Shown: positions 9,195 to 17,972 of the stretch, in pieces | Layout: each line of letters starts with the position of its first letter | How positions within the stretch are numbered: the first letter of the stretch is position 1 | Source: Eubacteriales bacterium | GTDB lineage: Bacteria; Bacillota; Clostridia; Oscillospirales; CAG-272 | Assembly: GCA_045644805.1 (NCBI GenBank) | Contig: JAZRHO010000079.1 | Coordinates: 19,864-83,863 of the forward strand | Direction of reading: 5' to 3' | Length of the DNA: 64,000 bases | Translations under genes and position numbers: made by a program | Notes under the pieces: generated by a model | Database searches by the model: none | What the model was told of the DNA's origin: nothing | The model's input: the letters and a program-made list of their open reading frames with translations, nothing else

Positions 9195-9746
9195 ATGCTT
9201 GTTACAAGAAATTATGAACGAGAAAAAGCGCTCCTTTACGCAGAGCGATATGCCTTTTCACAAAATCCTATATTCGGCGATTTCAGAGGAATAGGCGGAA
9301 ATTGCACAAATTTCGTCTCTCAATGCGTATACGCCGGTACGTGCAAAATGAACTACACAAAAACATTCGGCTGGTATTATATATCACTTGACGAACGTGC
9401 GCCGGCTTGGACCGGAGTTGATTACTTCTACAACTTTATGACTGAAAACCAAGGAGTTGGACCCTTTGGAAAGGAAGCTACGCGAGACGAGTGCGAAATA
9501 GGAGACGTAATTCAGCTTGGAAATGAAGAAAGCGGATTCTATCACAGCCTGATTATTGTCGGTTTTGAGGGAGACGACATACTTATAGCAGCTCAAACAG
9601 ACGACGCTCTCAGGAGACCTCTATCCACCTATACTTATGACAACATCCGTTTCATAAAAATTCTCGGCGTCAGGTTTGAAATTCCATCATCTAAGGACTG
9701 CTTCGATTCTGTGTATCAGGGTATTGCAATTTTTGAAGGAAACTGA
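9195..9746 (+). CDS. putative amidase-domain protein (Amidase_6-like)
   Basis: GGNCTNFVSQCVYAG and GFYHSLIIV segments resemble the putative amidase domain family. Start set at ATG 9195 (RBS ACGGAG); the track ORF starts at GTG 9144. Confidence 0.65.
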   Translation: MLVTRNYEREKALLYAERYAFSQNPIFGDFRGIGGNCTNFVSQCVYAGTCKMNYTKTFGWYYISLDERAPAWTGVDYFYNFMTENQGVGPFGKEATRDECEIGDVIQLGNEESGFYHSLIIVGFEGDDILIAAQTDDALRRPLSTYTYDNIRFIKILGVRFEIPSSKDCFDSVYQGIAIFEGN

Positions 9747-9776
9747 AAATAATATTCTGGAAAATTTATTTTCTTA

Positions 9777-9805
9777 TTGATTTTTCCTCGAGTTTATGAT
9801 ATACT
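9777..9805 (+). promoter_or_regulatory. promoter candidate for the small membrane protein gene
   Basis: TTGATT, a 17-nt spacer, then TGaTATACT (extended -10). Confidence 0.45.
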
Positions 9806-9846
9806 AAAGTCGCTTAAAGCAAATACATAAAAAGGAGAATAAACAA

Positions 9847-10095
9847 ATGGCAAAAGCTACTCTTACAGCAACTTACGAATCTCTTCCTAAGATTGCCAAG
9901 GTTCTTATTCAGCTTATTCTTGGTGCTGTTGTCGGCGGAGTTTACAGAATTGTTAAATTCTTTGAAACCAGAAACGTTGTTACTCTTGTAGTAGGTATTC
10001 TTACCACCTTCACTGGTGTGGGCAACGCTATTGCTTGGGTTGTTGACCTCGTTACAGAAATTCTTTACAACAAGATTACAATCCTCGCTGATTAA
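9847..10095 (+). CDS. small two-TM membrane protein, function unknown
   Basis: 82 aa with two hydrophobic helices. Strong RBS AAAGGAG, its own promoter-like signal and its own terminator. Confidence 0.6.
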   Translation: MAKATLTATYESLPKIAKVLIQLILGAVVGGVYRIVKFFETRNVVTLVVGILTTFTGVGNAIAWVVDLVTEILYNKITILAD

Positions 10096-10116
10096 CAAAT
10101 AGTGCACAATGCATTT

Positions 10117-10160
10117 GAGGGCAGCTCAAGTTTCAAAACTCGAGCTGGCCTCTTCAATTT
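10117..10160 (+). terminator. intrinsic terminator after the small membrane protein gene
   Basis: GAGGGCAGCTCAAG pairs with CTCGAGCTGGCCTC (14 bp, 2 mismatches), followed by TTCAATTTT. Confidence 0.65.
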
Positions 10161-10233
10161 TGCACAAAATAAGTTTCCTTTTGTTTTCAGTTTGATGTAT
10201 TTTGTCGAAAATTAAAAGGCTTTTTATTTCCTA

Positions 10234-10262
10234 TTGACAAAAATATTTAAATATGATATTAT
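10234..10262 (+). promoter_or_regulatory. pur operon promoter
   Basis: TTGACA (10234-10239), a 17-nt spacer, then TATTAT (10257-10262). It sits just upstream of the riboswitch. Confidence 0.6.
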
Positions 10263-10278
10263 ATAAGAGTATTTTGAT

Positions 10279-10352
10279 GGTTTCTGCGACTGACGGATTA
10301 TTGTGGGGCACCACAGTGGAGCAGAAATCCCATAAAGCCGACCGTCTGGGCG
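10279..10352 (+). promoter_or_regulatory. ZTP (pfl motif) riboswitch aptamer
   Basis: GGTTTCTGC-GACTGACGGATTATTGTGGGGCACCACAGTGGA-GCAGAAA forms P1/P2, followed by a linker and GCCGACCGTCTGGGCG. This matches the conserved GACUGGCG...GUGGG.A.CCAC...CCGCCUGGGC pattern, with a compensatory change in the pseudoknot (CUGACGG with CCGUC). Confidence 0.88.
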
Positions 10353-10396
10353 CACTTATTCATCTTCTTTGTACGGAATAAGTGCGCCATTTTTAA
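10349..10396 (+). terminator. riboswitch expression-platform terminator
   Basis: GGCGCACTTATTC (10349-10361) pairs with GAATAAGTGCGCC (10376-10388), followed by ATTTTT. The 5' arm overlaps the CUGGGCG end of the aptamer, the arrangement expected for an ON switch. Confidence 0.85.
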
Positions 10397-10417
10397 TTAA
10401 TTGATAGGAGAAACTGT

Positions 10418-10912
10418 ATGAAAAAAATCGGTATAGTTATGGGAAGCGCAAGCGATCTTCCCGTCGTAAAAAAAGCAATTGATACACTCAAAGCCTTCGG
10501 AGTACCAACCGAAACGCATATTTTCTCAGCGCACAGAACACCAGTTGAGGCTCGCGATTTTGCTCTTAACGCAAGAGCAAACGGCTTCGGCGCAATTATC
10601 GCTGCTGCAGGAATGGCGGCTCACCTCGCAGGAGCTTTGGCGGCAAACACTACACTTCCCGTAATAGGAATTCCCTGCAAATCCTCAAATCTCGACGGTC
10701 TTGACGCACTTCTTTCGACCGTTCAGATGCCGAGCGGCATCCCGGTAGCAACAGTAGCGATAGATGGGGCAGCAAATGCCGCTCTTCTAGCAATACAAAT
10801 GCTTGCCATAAACGATTCTGAGCTTGCAAAAAAGCTTGATGATAAGCGTAAGACAGATGCAAAGGCAGTCCTTGAAAAGGACGCAGAGCTTGCAAATGAT
10901 TTAAATAACTAA
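10418..10912 (+). CDS. purE: N5-carboxyaminoimidazole ribonucleotide mutase (PurE)
   Basis: 164 aa with MGSASD, SAHRTP and AAGMAAHLAG loops. Confidence 0.93.
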   Translation: MKKIGIVMGSASDLPVVKKAIDTLKAFGVPTETHIFSAHRTPVEARDFALNARANGFGAIIAAAGMAAHLAGALAANTTLPVIGIPCKSSNLDGLDALLSTVQMPSGIPVATVAIDGAANAALLAIQMLAINDSELAKKLDDKRKTDAKAVLEKDAELANDLNN

Positions 10913-10946
10913 ATAATATAAATATTTTAACAAGGAGATCAAAAAA

Positions 10947-11633
10947 ATGAACAAAACACTCGTTTACACAGGAAAAACCAAGGACGTATACGCTCTTGAC
11001 AACGGCAATTATCTTCTCAAGTTCAAGGACGACTGCACCGGTAAAGACGGCGTATTCGATCCGGGTGAAAACTCGGTAGGTCTCACTATCGACGGTGTCG
11101 GCGATGTTAACCTTCGTATGTCTATCTATTTCTTCGAAAAGGTAAACGCGGCAGGCATTAAAACTCATTACATCAAAGCAAATCTCAACGATACTACTAT
11201 GGAAGTACTCCCCGCAAAGCCTTTCGGAAAAGGCCTTGAGGTAATTTGCCGCCATAAGGCAGTCGGAAGCTTTTACCGCCGCTACAGTGATTACATTGAA
11301 GAGGGCGCAGACCTTCCAGCTTACGTAGAAACCACTTTTAAGAATGATGAAAAAGGCGATCCCCTTGTAACAAAAGACGGTCTTGTCGATCTCGGTGTTA
11401 TGACCTCTGAGCAGTACGATGATATCAAGCTCATGACTCAGAAAATAACTCAGATAGTAGCAGATGACCTTAAGCAAAAAGGTCTCATTCTTTACGATAT
11501 CAAGTTCGAGTTCGGTTATGACAAGGACGGCAAGGTAATGCTTATCGACGAAATAGCATCCGGAAACATGAGAGTTTACAAAAACGGCGAATATATAGAC
11601 CCCATGACTCTCTCAAAACTCTTCTTCGCGTAA
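10947..11633 (+). CDS. purC: phosphoribosylaminoimidazole-succinocarboxamide (SAICAR) synthase
   Basis: 228 aa. N-terminal [11 protein letters not shown] and LIDEI-type C-terminal motifs. Position in the pur operon fits. Confidence 0.9.
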   Translation: MNKTLVYTGKTKDVYALDNGNYLLKFKDDCTGKDGVFDPGENSVGLTIDGVGDVNLRMSIYFFEKVNAAGIKTHYIKANLNDTTMEVLPAKPFGKGLEVICRHKAVGSFYRRYSDYIEEGADLPAYVETTFKNDEKGDPLVTKDGLVDLGVMTSEQYDDIKLMTQKITQIVADDLKQKGLILYDIKFEFGYDKDGKVMLIDEIASGNMRVYKNGEYIDPMTLSKLFFA

Positions 11634-11652
11634 AAAGCAAAGGATAACATCT

Positions 11653-13077
11653 ATGGGTGGATTTTTTGGAATAACCTCAAAGCAGGACTGTATCGTTGAT
11701 GTTTTCTTCGGCACTGATTATCATTCTCATCTTGGCACTCGCAGAGCCGGTATGGCGGCATACGATAAAGAAATAGGTCTGCAAAGAAATATTCACAATA
11801 TAGAAAATTCTCCGTTCCGTACAAAATTTGAGCATGTTCTCGGAGAAATGAACGGAACCGCAGCCATCGGCTGTATAAGCGACACAGATCCCCAGCCACT
11901 GCTTATACGTTCCAAGCTTGGAACGTATGCTATATCAACTGTCGGTATAATAAACAACAGCGATGAGCTTATAGACCGTTACTTTTCACAGACAAGCGGA
12001 CATTTCGATGCCATGACCGGCGGAGCGGTTAATTCAACCGAGCTTATTGCAGCAATGATAAACCTTAAAGGCTCGTTTGCCGAGGGAATAAAATTTGCGC
12101 AAGAGGTCATCGACGGAACCGCAAACATTCTTATACTTAAAAACGACGGAACACTCGTTGCAGCCAGAGACAAGCTTGGAAGAATACCCGTAATTCTCGG
12201 AAAAGGAGAAGACGGATATTGCGTAACGTTCGAGTCTTTCGCGGCTCAAAAGCTTGGATACGAAATATACAAGGAGCTCGGACCGGGAGAAATCGTTGAA
12301 ATTACGCCGGACACTGTAACATGCCTTGCAAAGCCCGGTGATAAGATGCGTATTTGCGCATTTCTCTGGTGCTATTACGGATACCCTACCGCTAATTACG
12401 AAGGGGTAAACGTTGAAGCGATGAGAAACCGAAACGGCGAAATAATGGCAAGGAGCGATAAAGAAAATTACGGAGATCTCAAGCTCGACTCTGTCAGCGG
12501 AGTTCCGGATTCGGGAACGCCCCATGCGGTTGGATACGCAAACGCAAGCGATGCGCCCTTCGCACGTCCATTCATAAAGTATACTCCCACCTGGCCGAGA
12601 AGCTTTATGACGGCAAAGCAGGCAGATAGAAAAAAAGTCGCCAAGATGAAGATGATACCCGTTCACGAGCTTATAGAAAACAAAAATCTTCTTTTCGTAG
12701 ACGACTCGATAGTAAGAGGAACTCAGCTCAAGGAAACGGTTGACTTCCTTTATGACAACGGCGCCAAGTCTGTTCATATGCGCTCAGCCTGTCCTCCAAT
12801 AATGTATAAATGCAAATATCTCGCATTTTCACGCTCCGGCAGTGAAATGGATCTCATTGCAAGAAGAGTTATTATGGAGCTTGAGGGAGAGGACGGTTTT
12901 AACTACATAGACGAATACGCAGACGGAAAAACAGAAAGAGGCAAAAAACTTCGCCGTACCATTTCGGAAAAGTTTAATTTTGCCTCGCTAGACTTCCAAT
13001 CACTTGAAGGAACAATTAAAGCAATCGGCATAGATCCGTGCAAACTTTGCACCTATTGCTGGAACGGAAAGGAATAA
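11653..13077 (+). CDS. purF: amidophosphoribosyltransferase-like protein (PurF family) lacking the N-terminal Cys nucleophile
   Basis: 474 aa. PRT loop [13 protein letters not shown], Fe-S-type Cys pattern (RICAF..., ACPP...C, CKLCTYC) and operon position fit PurF. The N-terminus reads MGGFFG instead of MCG/CG. Confidence 0.8.
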   Translation: MGGFFGITSKQDCIVDVFFGTDYHSHLGTRRAGMAAYDKEIGLQRNIHNIENSPFRTKFEHVLGEMNGTAAIGCISDTDPQPLLIRSKLGTYAISTVGIINNSDELIDRYFSQTSGHFDAMTGGAVNSTELIAAMINLKGSFAEGIKFAQEVIDGTANILILKNDGTLVAARDKLGRIPVILGKGEDGYCVTFESFAAQKLGYEIYKELGPGEIVEITPDTVTCLAKPGDKMRICAFLWCYYGYPTANYEGVNVEAMRNRNGEIMARSDKENYGDLKLDSVSGVPDSGTPHAVGYANASDAPFARPFIKYTPTWPRSFMTAKQADRKKVAKMKMIPVHELIENKNLLFVDDSIVRGTQLKETVDFLYDNGAKSVHMRSACPPIMYKCKYLAFSRSGSEMDLIARRVIMELEGEDGFNYIDEYADGKTERGKKLRRTISEKFNFASLDFQSLEGTIKAIGIDPCKLCTYCWNGKE

Positions 13078-13082
13078 TTAAA

Positions 13083-14126
13083 ATGAGTATGCAATCTAAA
13101 TCTGACAGCTACGCAGCAGCAGGTGTTGATATCACCGCAGGCTATAAGGCTGTTGAACTTATGAAAAAACATATTGCCCGTACGATGGTTAACGGCTCTT
13201 CTGCAGACATCGGCGGCTTCGGAGGTCTTTTTGCTCTTGACCTTAAGGGATATGAGAATCCAATTCTCGTTTCCGGAACTGACGGTGTTGGTACAAAGCT
13301 TAAGCTTGCTTTCCTTATGGACAAGCACGATACTGTTGGAATTGACTGCGTTGCAATGTGCGTAAATGACGTTATCTGCTGCGGCGCAAAGCCCTTATTT
13401 TTCCTCGACTACATCGCGTGCGGAAAGAACTTCCCCGAAAAAATAGCTGATATTGTCAGCGGTATCGCAGAAGGCTGCGTTCAGTCGGGAAGCGAGCTTA
13501 TCGGAGGAGAAACGGCTGAAATGCCCGGCTTCTATCCTATTGATGAATATGACCTTGCCGGCTTCTCTGTAGGAATTGTTGACAGAGCGAAGGTTATTGA
13601 CAAGAGCTCCATGAAGGCGGGCGACGTTATGATAGCGCTCCCCTCGTCGGGCGTTCATTCCAACGGCTTCTCACTCGTGAGAAAGGTATTTGACGTTGAA
13701 AATTGCGACCTTAAGTCGCCCGTAGCAGAGCTCGGTGGAAAATCTCTTGGTGAAACCCTTCTTACCCCCACAAAAATTTATGTAAAGCCTATGCTCGCTC
13801 TGTTTGAGGAAGTAAAGGTTAAGGGTGTCTCTCACATCACAGGCGGAGGCTTCTATGAAAATATGCCCCGTTCGATTCCGGAAGGACTCGGGGTTAAGAT
13901 AAAGAAGAGCGACGTAAAGGTTCTTCCTATCTTCAAGCTTTTGCAGTCTGTAGGAAACATTGATGAGCGCGATATGTTCAACACCTTTAATATGGGTGTA
14001 GGAATGAGCGTCGTTGTCTCAAAAGAAGACGCAAATAAGGCGCTTTCCGTTCTTCGCGCAAACGGAGAAGACGCTTACATTGTAGGAGAAATAGTTGAGT
14101 CTGACGAAAGGGTGCAGCTTATATGA
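13083..14126 (+). CDS. purM: phosphoribosylformylglycinamidine cyclo-ligase (AIR synthase)
   Basis: [17 protein letters not shown] and GGETAEMPG motifs. Start set at ATG 13083, after the purF stop; the track ORF starts at 13038 inside purF. Confidence 0.93.
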   Translation: MSMQSKSDSYAAAGVDITAGYKAVELMKKHIARTMVNGSSADIGGFGGLFALDLKGYENPILVSGTDGVGTKLKLAFLMDKHDTVGIDCVAMCVNDVICCGAKPLFFLDYIACGKNFPEKIADIVSGIAEGCVQSGSELIGGETAEMPGFYPIDEYDLAGFSVGIVDRAKVIDKSSMKAGDVMIALPSSGVHSNGFSLVRKVFDVENCDLKSPVAELGGKSLGETLLTPTKIYVKPMLALFEEVKVKGVSHITGGGFYENMPRSIPEGLGVKIKKSDVKVLPIFKLLQSVGNIDERDMFNTFNMGVGMSVVVSKEDANKALSVLRANGEDAYIVGEIVESDERVQLI

Positions 14127-14737
14127 CCGCCCCTGTAAAAATTGCGGTACTGGTATCGGGCGGCGGCACTAATCTTGGCGCGCTTATCGATGCCGAGCGC
14201 AGCGGTATACTTAAAAGCGGTAAAATATCGCTTGTTGTGTCTAACGTCAAGGATGCCTATGCACTTACCCGCGCCGAAAACGCAGGAATTGAAAATATCA
14301 CTGTGCTCAAAAAAGAGTGCGGATCTCAAGAAGCTTTTGAAGAAAGACTTATCTCCGAGCTTGACGGACACGGAATTGAGTTGATAATCCTCGCAGGATT
14401 TATGTCTATACTTTCGGCAAATTTCACACGCCATTACGAAAACCGTATAATTAACGTTCACCCCTCGCTCATACCAGCATTCTGCGGCAAAGGCTTCTAC
14501 GGCCTAAAGGTTCATGAGGCTGCGCTTGCTTACGGAGTTAAGGTGAGCGGTGCGACGGTTCATTTTGTTAACGAAATACCGGACGGCGGAAAAATTATAA
14601 TGCAAAAAGCTGTGAAGATCAGAGAAAATGACACTCCTGAGGTTCTTCAAAAAAGGATAATGAAGTCGGCGGAGTGGAAAATACTTCCCCTCTCCGCAGA
14701 AAAAATCTCAAAGGCAATACTTGAAGGAAAACATTAA
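14123..14737 (+). CDS. purN: phosphoribosylglycinamide formyltransferase
   Basis: 204 aa. [19 protein letters not shown] and ATVHFV motifs. 4-nt overlap with purM. Confidence 0.92.
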   Translation: MTAPVKIAVLVSGGGTNLGALIDAERSGILKSGKISLVVSNVKDAYALTRAENAGIENITVLKKECGSQEAFEERLISELDGHGIELIILAGFMSILSANFTRHYENRIINVHPSLIPAFCGKGFYGLKVHEAALAYGVKVSGATVHFVNEIPDGGKIIMQKAVKIRENDTPEVLQKRIMKSAEWKILPLSAEKISKAILEGKH

Positions 14738-14758
14738 AAAAGAAAGGTTGCAAGAGAA

Positions 14759-15478
14759 ATGAATATATACAAAATAAATGATATCGGTGAGCTTATCCGT
14801 GGCAATTCCTACGTCGGACGCGGAATAGTTATCGGAAAATCAGATGACGGAAAATCGGCGGTAAGCGCATACTTCATTATGGGAAGAAGCGCAAACAGCA
14901 GAAACCGCGTATTTAAAGAAAGAGAGGGCGCGATCTTTACAGAGCCTCACGATCCTTCAAAGGTCGAAGATCCAAGCCTTATAATTTACGCAGCCTTGCG
15001 CACTTATGAGAACAAACTTGTTGTTACAAACGGAGATCAGACTGATACGATATATGAAGGACTTAAAAACGGACTTTCTTTCTCAGAGGCACTTACAGCT
15101 CGCGAGTTTGAACCCGATGCTCCTAATCTCACTCCCAGAATCAGCGGCATGATAACGTTTGGCAAAAACGACTTTACATACGAAATGAGCATTTTGAAGA
15201 GCGCCGATGCACAGGGTACCGCTTGCAACAGATATACGTTCTCTTATCCCTCTATTGCCGGACTCGGTCACTTTATCCATACCTACGTTTGTAACGGTGA
15301 TCCTATCCCGACCTTCCAGGGTGAGCCGGAAAGAGTGGCTATTTCAAATGATATAGATGCTTTTACAAGCAATCTTTGGGACTCACTTGATCCCGACAAC
15401 AAGATTTCTCTTTACGTTCGCTATACAAATCTTGAAAACGGCAGCACCGAATCAAGAATGATAAACAAAAATGCATAA
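14759..15478 (+). CDS. IMP cyclohydrolase, PurO-like (archaeal-type)
   Basis: 239 aa. YVGRGIVIGKS...YFIMGRSANSRNRVF resembles the IMP_cyclohyd (PurO) family. It sits immediately upstream of the AICARFT-only gene. Confidence 0.75.
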   Translation: MNIYKINDIGELIRGNSYVGRGIVIGKSDDGKSAVSAYFIMGRSANSRNRVFKEREGAIFTEPHDPSKVEDPSLIIYAALRTYENKLVVTNGDQTDTIYEGLKNGLSFSEALTAREFEPDAPNLTPRISGMITFGKNDFTYEMSILKSADAQGTACNRYTFSYPSIAGLGHFIHTYVCNGDPIPTFQGEPERVAISNDIDAFTSNLWDSLDPDNKISLYVRYTNLENGSTESRMINKNA

Positions 15479-15490
15479 GGAGTGACCATA

Positions 15491-16675
15491 ATGAAGGAAT
15501 TTGAACTCAAATACGGCTGTAATCCAAACCAAAAGCCTTCGAGAATTTTCATGGAAGGTGAAGGAGAGCTCCCTATTGAAATACTCAGCGGAAGACCCGG
15601 ATACATAAATTTCCTCGACGCTTTCAATTCATGGCAGCTTGTTCGCGAGCTTAAAATCGCGCTCGGACTCCCTGCAGTTACATCATTTAAGCACGTAAGC
15701 CCTACTTCCGCTGCAGTCGGAATAAAGCTTTCCGATAATCTCAAGAAGGCTTGCTTCGTCGATGATATAGAGGGGCTTGACGATTCTCCTCTGGCATGCG
15801 CCTACGCAAGAGCCAGAGGTACTGACAGAATGTGTTCGTTTGGTGACTGGGTCGCTCTTTCCGACATATGTGACGTAACGACGGCATTGCTTATAAAGCG
15901 TGAAGTGTCAGACGGTATTATCGCTCCCGGATATGAGCCAGAAGCTCTTGAAATACTCAAAACCAAGAGAAACGGAAATTACAACATTGTAAAAATAGAT
16001 GAAAACTACGTTCCCGCTGCCATAGAAAGAAAACAGGTATACGGTATTACCTTCGAGCAAGGCAGAAATAATTTTGAAATTAACGAAGAGCTTCTCAAAA
16101 ATATCGTTACCGCATCAAAAGACATGCCTACCGAAGCGGTACGCGATCTCATAATAGCTCTTATTACGCTCAAGTACACTCAGTCGAATTCCGTATGCTA
16201 TGCTGTTGACGGCCAGGCTATCGGCGTCGGTGCGGGTCAGCAGTCGAGAATACACTGCACACGTCTTGCAGGTGATAAGGCAAACACCTGGTTCCTCCGT
16301 CAGCATCCGAAGACCCTTGCTCTTCCCTTTAAACCGTCTCTCGGACGTCCCGACAGAGATAACGTTATCGACGGATACATCAACGGAAATGAAGAAGACG
16401 TTTGCCAAGAAGGTAATTGGCAGAAATACTTTACCGAGCGTCCCGAGCCTCTTACCAAGGAAGACAAGGACACATATCTCGCTTCCATTGACGGTGTTTC
16501 TCTCGGTTCTGATGCGTTCTTCCCGTTTAGTGACAATATCGAGCGCGCAAAAAAGAGCGGTGTAAAATATATCGCAGAGCCCGGCGGATCTATCCGCGAT
16601 GACCTCGTTATAGAGTGCGCAGACAAATATGGTATGACAATGGCATTCACCGGAATGCGTCTTTTCCACCATTAA
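15491..16675 (+). CDS. purH: AICAR formyltransferase (PurH C-terminal domain only)
   Basis: LKYGCNPNQ, GVGAGQQSRIHC and GGSIRD motifs of the AICARFT domain, with no MGS-like cyclohydrolase domain. ATG 15491 is preferred over GTG 15482 because of AAGGA spacing. Confidence 0.88.
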   Translation: MKEFELKYGCNPNQKPSRIFMEGEGELPIEILSGRPGYINFLDAFNSWQLVRELKIALGLPAVTSFKHVSPTSAAVGIKLSDNLKKACFVDDIEGLDDSPLACAYARARGTDRMCSFGDWVALSDICDVTTALLIKREVSDGIIAPGYEPEALEILKTKRNGNYNIVKIDENYVPAAIERKQVYGITFEQGRNNFEINEELLKNIVTASKDMPTEAVRDLIIALITLKYTQSNSVCYAVDGQAIGVGAGQQSRIHCTRLAGDKANTWFLRQHPKTLALPFKPSLGRPDRDNVIDGYINGNEEDVCQEGNWQKYFTERPEPLTKEDKDTYLASIDGVSLGSDAFFPFSDNIERAKKSGVKYIAEPGGSIRDDLVIECADKYGMTMAFTGMRLFHH

Positions 16676-16699
16676 TCAAAATTCAAACTGGAGAATTTT

Positions 16700-17971
16700 A
16701 TGAAAATACTTGTAGTAGGTTCCGGCGGAAGAGAACACGCCATAATTAAAAAAATAAAGGAAAACAAAACGGTTACGGAAATTTATGCCGTACCCGGCAA
16801 CGGCGGTATAGCAAAGGATGCGGAATGTGTAAACATCGGTGCAAAGGATATACCTGCCATAGTTGAATTCGCAAAATCAAAAAATATAGACTATGCGGTT
16901 GTAGCACCTGACGATCCGTTGGTGCTCGGTTGTGTTGATGCCTTAGAAGCTGCCGGAATTCCTTCGTTCGGTCCAAAGGCTAATGCCGCAATAATTGAGG
17001 GAAGCAAGGTCTTCTCAAAAAACCTCATGAAAAAATACGGTATTCCCACCGCAAAATACGAAGTCTTTGACAATGCAAAGGATGCCCTTCGCTATCTTGA
17101 AGACGCTCCTATCCCTACCGTTATCAAGGCAGACGGTCTTGCTCTCGGAAAAGGTGTAATCATCGCAATGACAAGAGACGAAGCCAAAGATGCAGTACGT
17201 TCCATGATGGAAGATAAAATTTTCGGCGAAAGCGGTAACAATATCGTTATAGAAGAATTTCTCACGGGTCCCGAGGTCTCTGTTCTTTCCTTTACAGATG
17301 GAAATACCGTTATTCCGATGGTGTCCTCTCAGGATCATAAAAGAGCTCACGACGGAGACGAAGGACTTAACACGGGAGGCATGGGAACGGTAGCTCCGAA
17401 TCCATATTATACGGAAAGTATAGCCTCAGAGTGCATGGAAAAGATATTTCTTCCCACCATAAAAGCGATGGAAGCGGAGGGACGCACTTTCAAGGGCTGC
17501 CTGTATTTCGGTCTTATGTTGACACCTCAAGGTCCTAAGGTCATTGAATATAACTGCCGTTTCGGCGATCCTGAAACTCAAGTTGTTCTTCCTCTTCTTG
17601 AGTCGGATCTTCTTACCATAATGCAAGCGACAACGAACGGAACTCTCGACAAATGTGAAGTTAAGTTCGCAAATAAGCATGCTTGCTGCGTTATAATGGC
17701 TTCCAACGGATATCCGTCTCACTATGAGAAAGGATTTGAAATCACAATTCCAGATGAGGTATTACCGCACGTATTTGTTGCAGGCGCGGCTCTGAAGAAT
17801 GAGAAGCTCGTAACGAGCGGAGGAAGAGTTCTCGGAGTTACTGATACTTCGGATACGCTTGAGAGCGCAATAAGCAAGGCGTATTCGCTTGTTGATAAGA
17901 TACATTTTGATAATGCGTTTTACCGCAGCGATATAGGCAAAAGAGCACTTATGGCAAAGGAGTCTGTTTAA
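16700..17971 (+). CDS. purD: phosphoribosylamine-glycine ligase
   Basis: 423 aa. MKILVVGSGGREHA start, ATP-grasp core and a GGRVLGV C-terminal domain. Confidence 0.95.
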   Translation: MKILVVGSGGREHAIIKKIKENKTVTEIYAVPGNGGIAKDAECVNIGAKDIPAIVEFAKSKNIDYAVVAPDDPLVLGCVDALEAAGIPSFGPKANAAIIEGSKVFSKNLMKKYGIPTAKYEVFDNAKDALRYLEDAPIPTVIKADGLALGKGVIIAMTRDEAKDAVRSMMEDKIFGESGNNIVIEEFLTGPEVSVLSFTDGNTVIPMVSSQDHKRAHDGDEGLNTGGMGTVAPNPYYTESIASECMEKIFLPTIKAMEAEGRTFKGCLYFGLMLTPQGPKVIEYNCRFGDPETQVVLPLLESDLLTIMQATTNGTLDKCEVKFANKHACCVIMASNGYPSHYEKGFEITIPDEVLPHVFVAGAALKNEKLVTSGGRVLGVTDTSDTLESAISKAYSLVDKIHFDNAFYRSDIGKRALMAKESV

Positions 17972-17972
17972 T

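Noticed and set aside
10204-10215. PurR PurBox upstream of the pur promoter (TTTGTCGAAAAT).
   Set aside because: It shares only the CGAA core with AWWWCCGAACWWT, both flanking C residues are missing, and there is no inverted partner. The ZTP riboswitch already explains regulation.
10650-11477. Long antisense ORFs opposite well-conserved genes: 10650-11477, 12034-12777, 24727-25515, 26380-27105, 30386-31120, 37840-38649, 54123-54863, 61234-61986 and 62437-63144. The many 60-140 aa ORFs of the same kind in the track belong here too.
   Set aside because: Each lies entirely inside, and antisense to, a gene whose translation shows unmistakable family motifs (purC, purF, carB, pyrE/pyrB, clpB, GH31, nrdD). 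Their products are low-complexity or Cys/Arg/Ser/Leu-rich with no recognisable motif, and they lack RBSs. They are treated as shadow ORFs.
13038-13082. Longer N-terminal extensions suggested by the ORF track for purM (13038), fhs (21631), pyrD (28597), pyrB (30984), the SGNH hydrolase (34795), the NUDIX protein (3976), the amidase protein (9144), AraC (47835), clpB (39749) and purH (15482).
   Set aside because: The extensions overlap the preceding gene or lack an RBS. In each case an internal ATG with a good Shine-Dalgarno sequence sits right after the upstream stop, and the conserved N-terminus of the family starts there.
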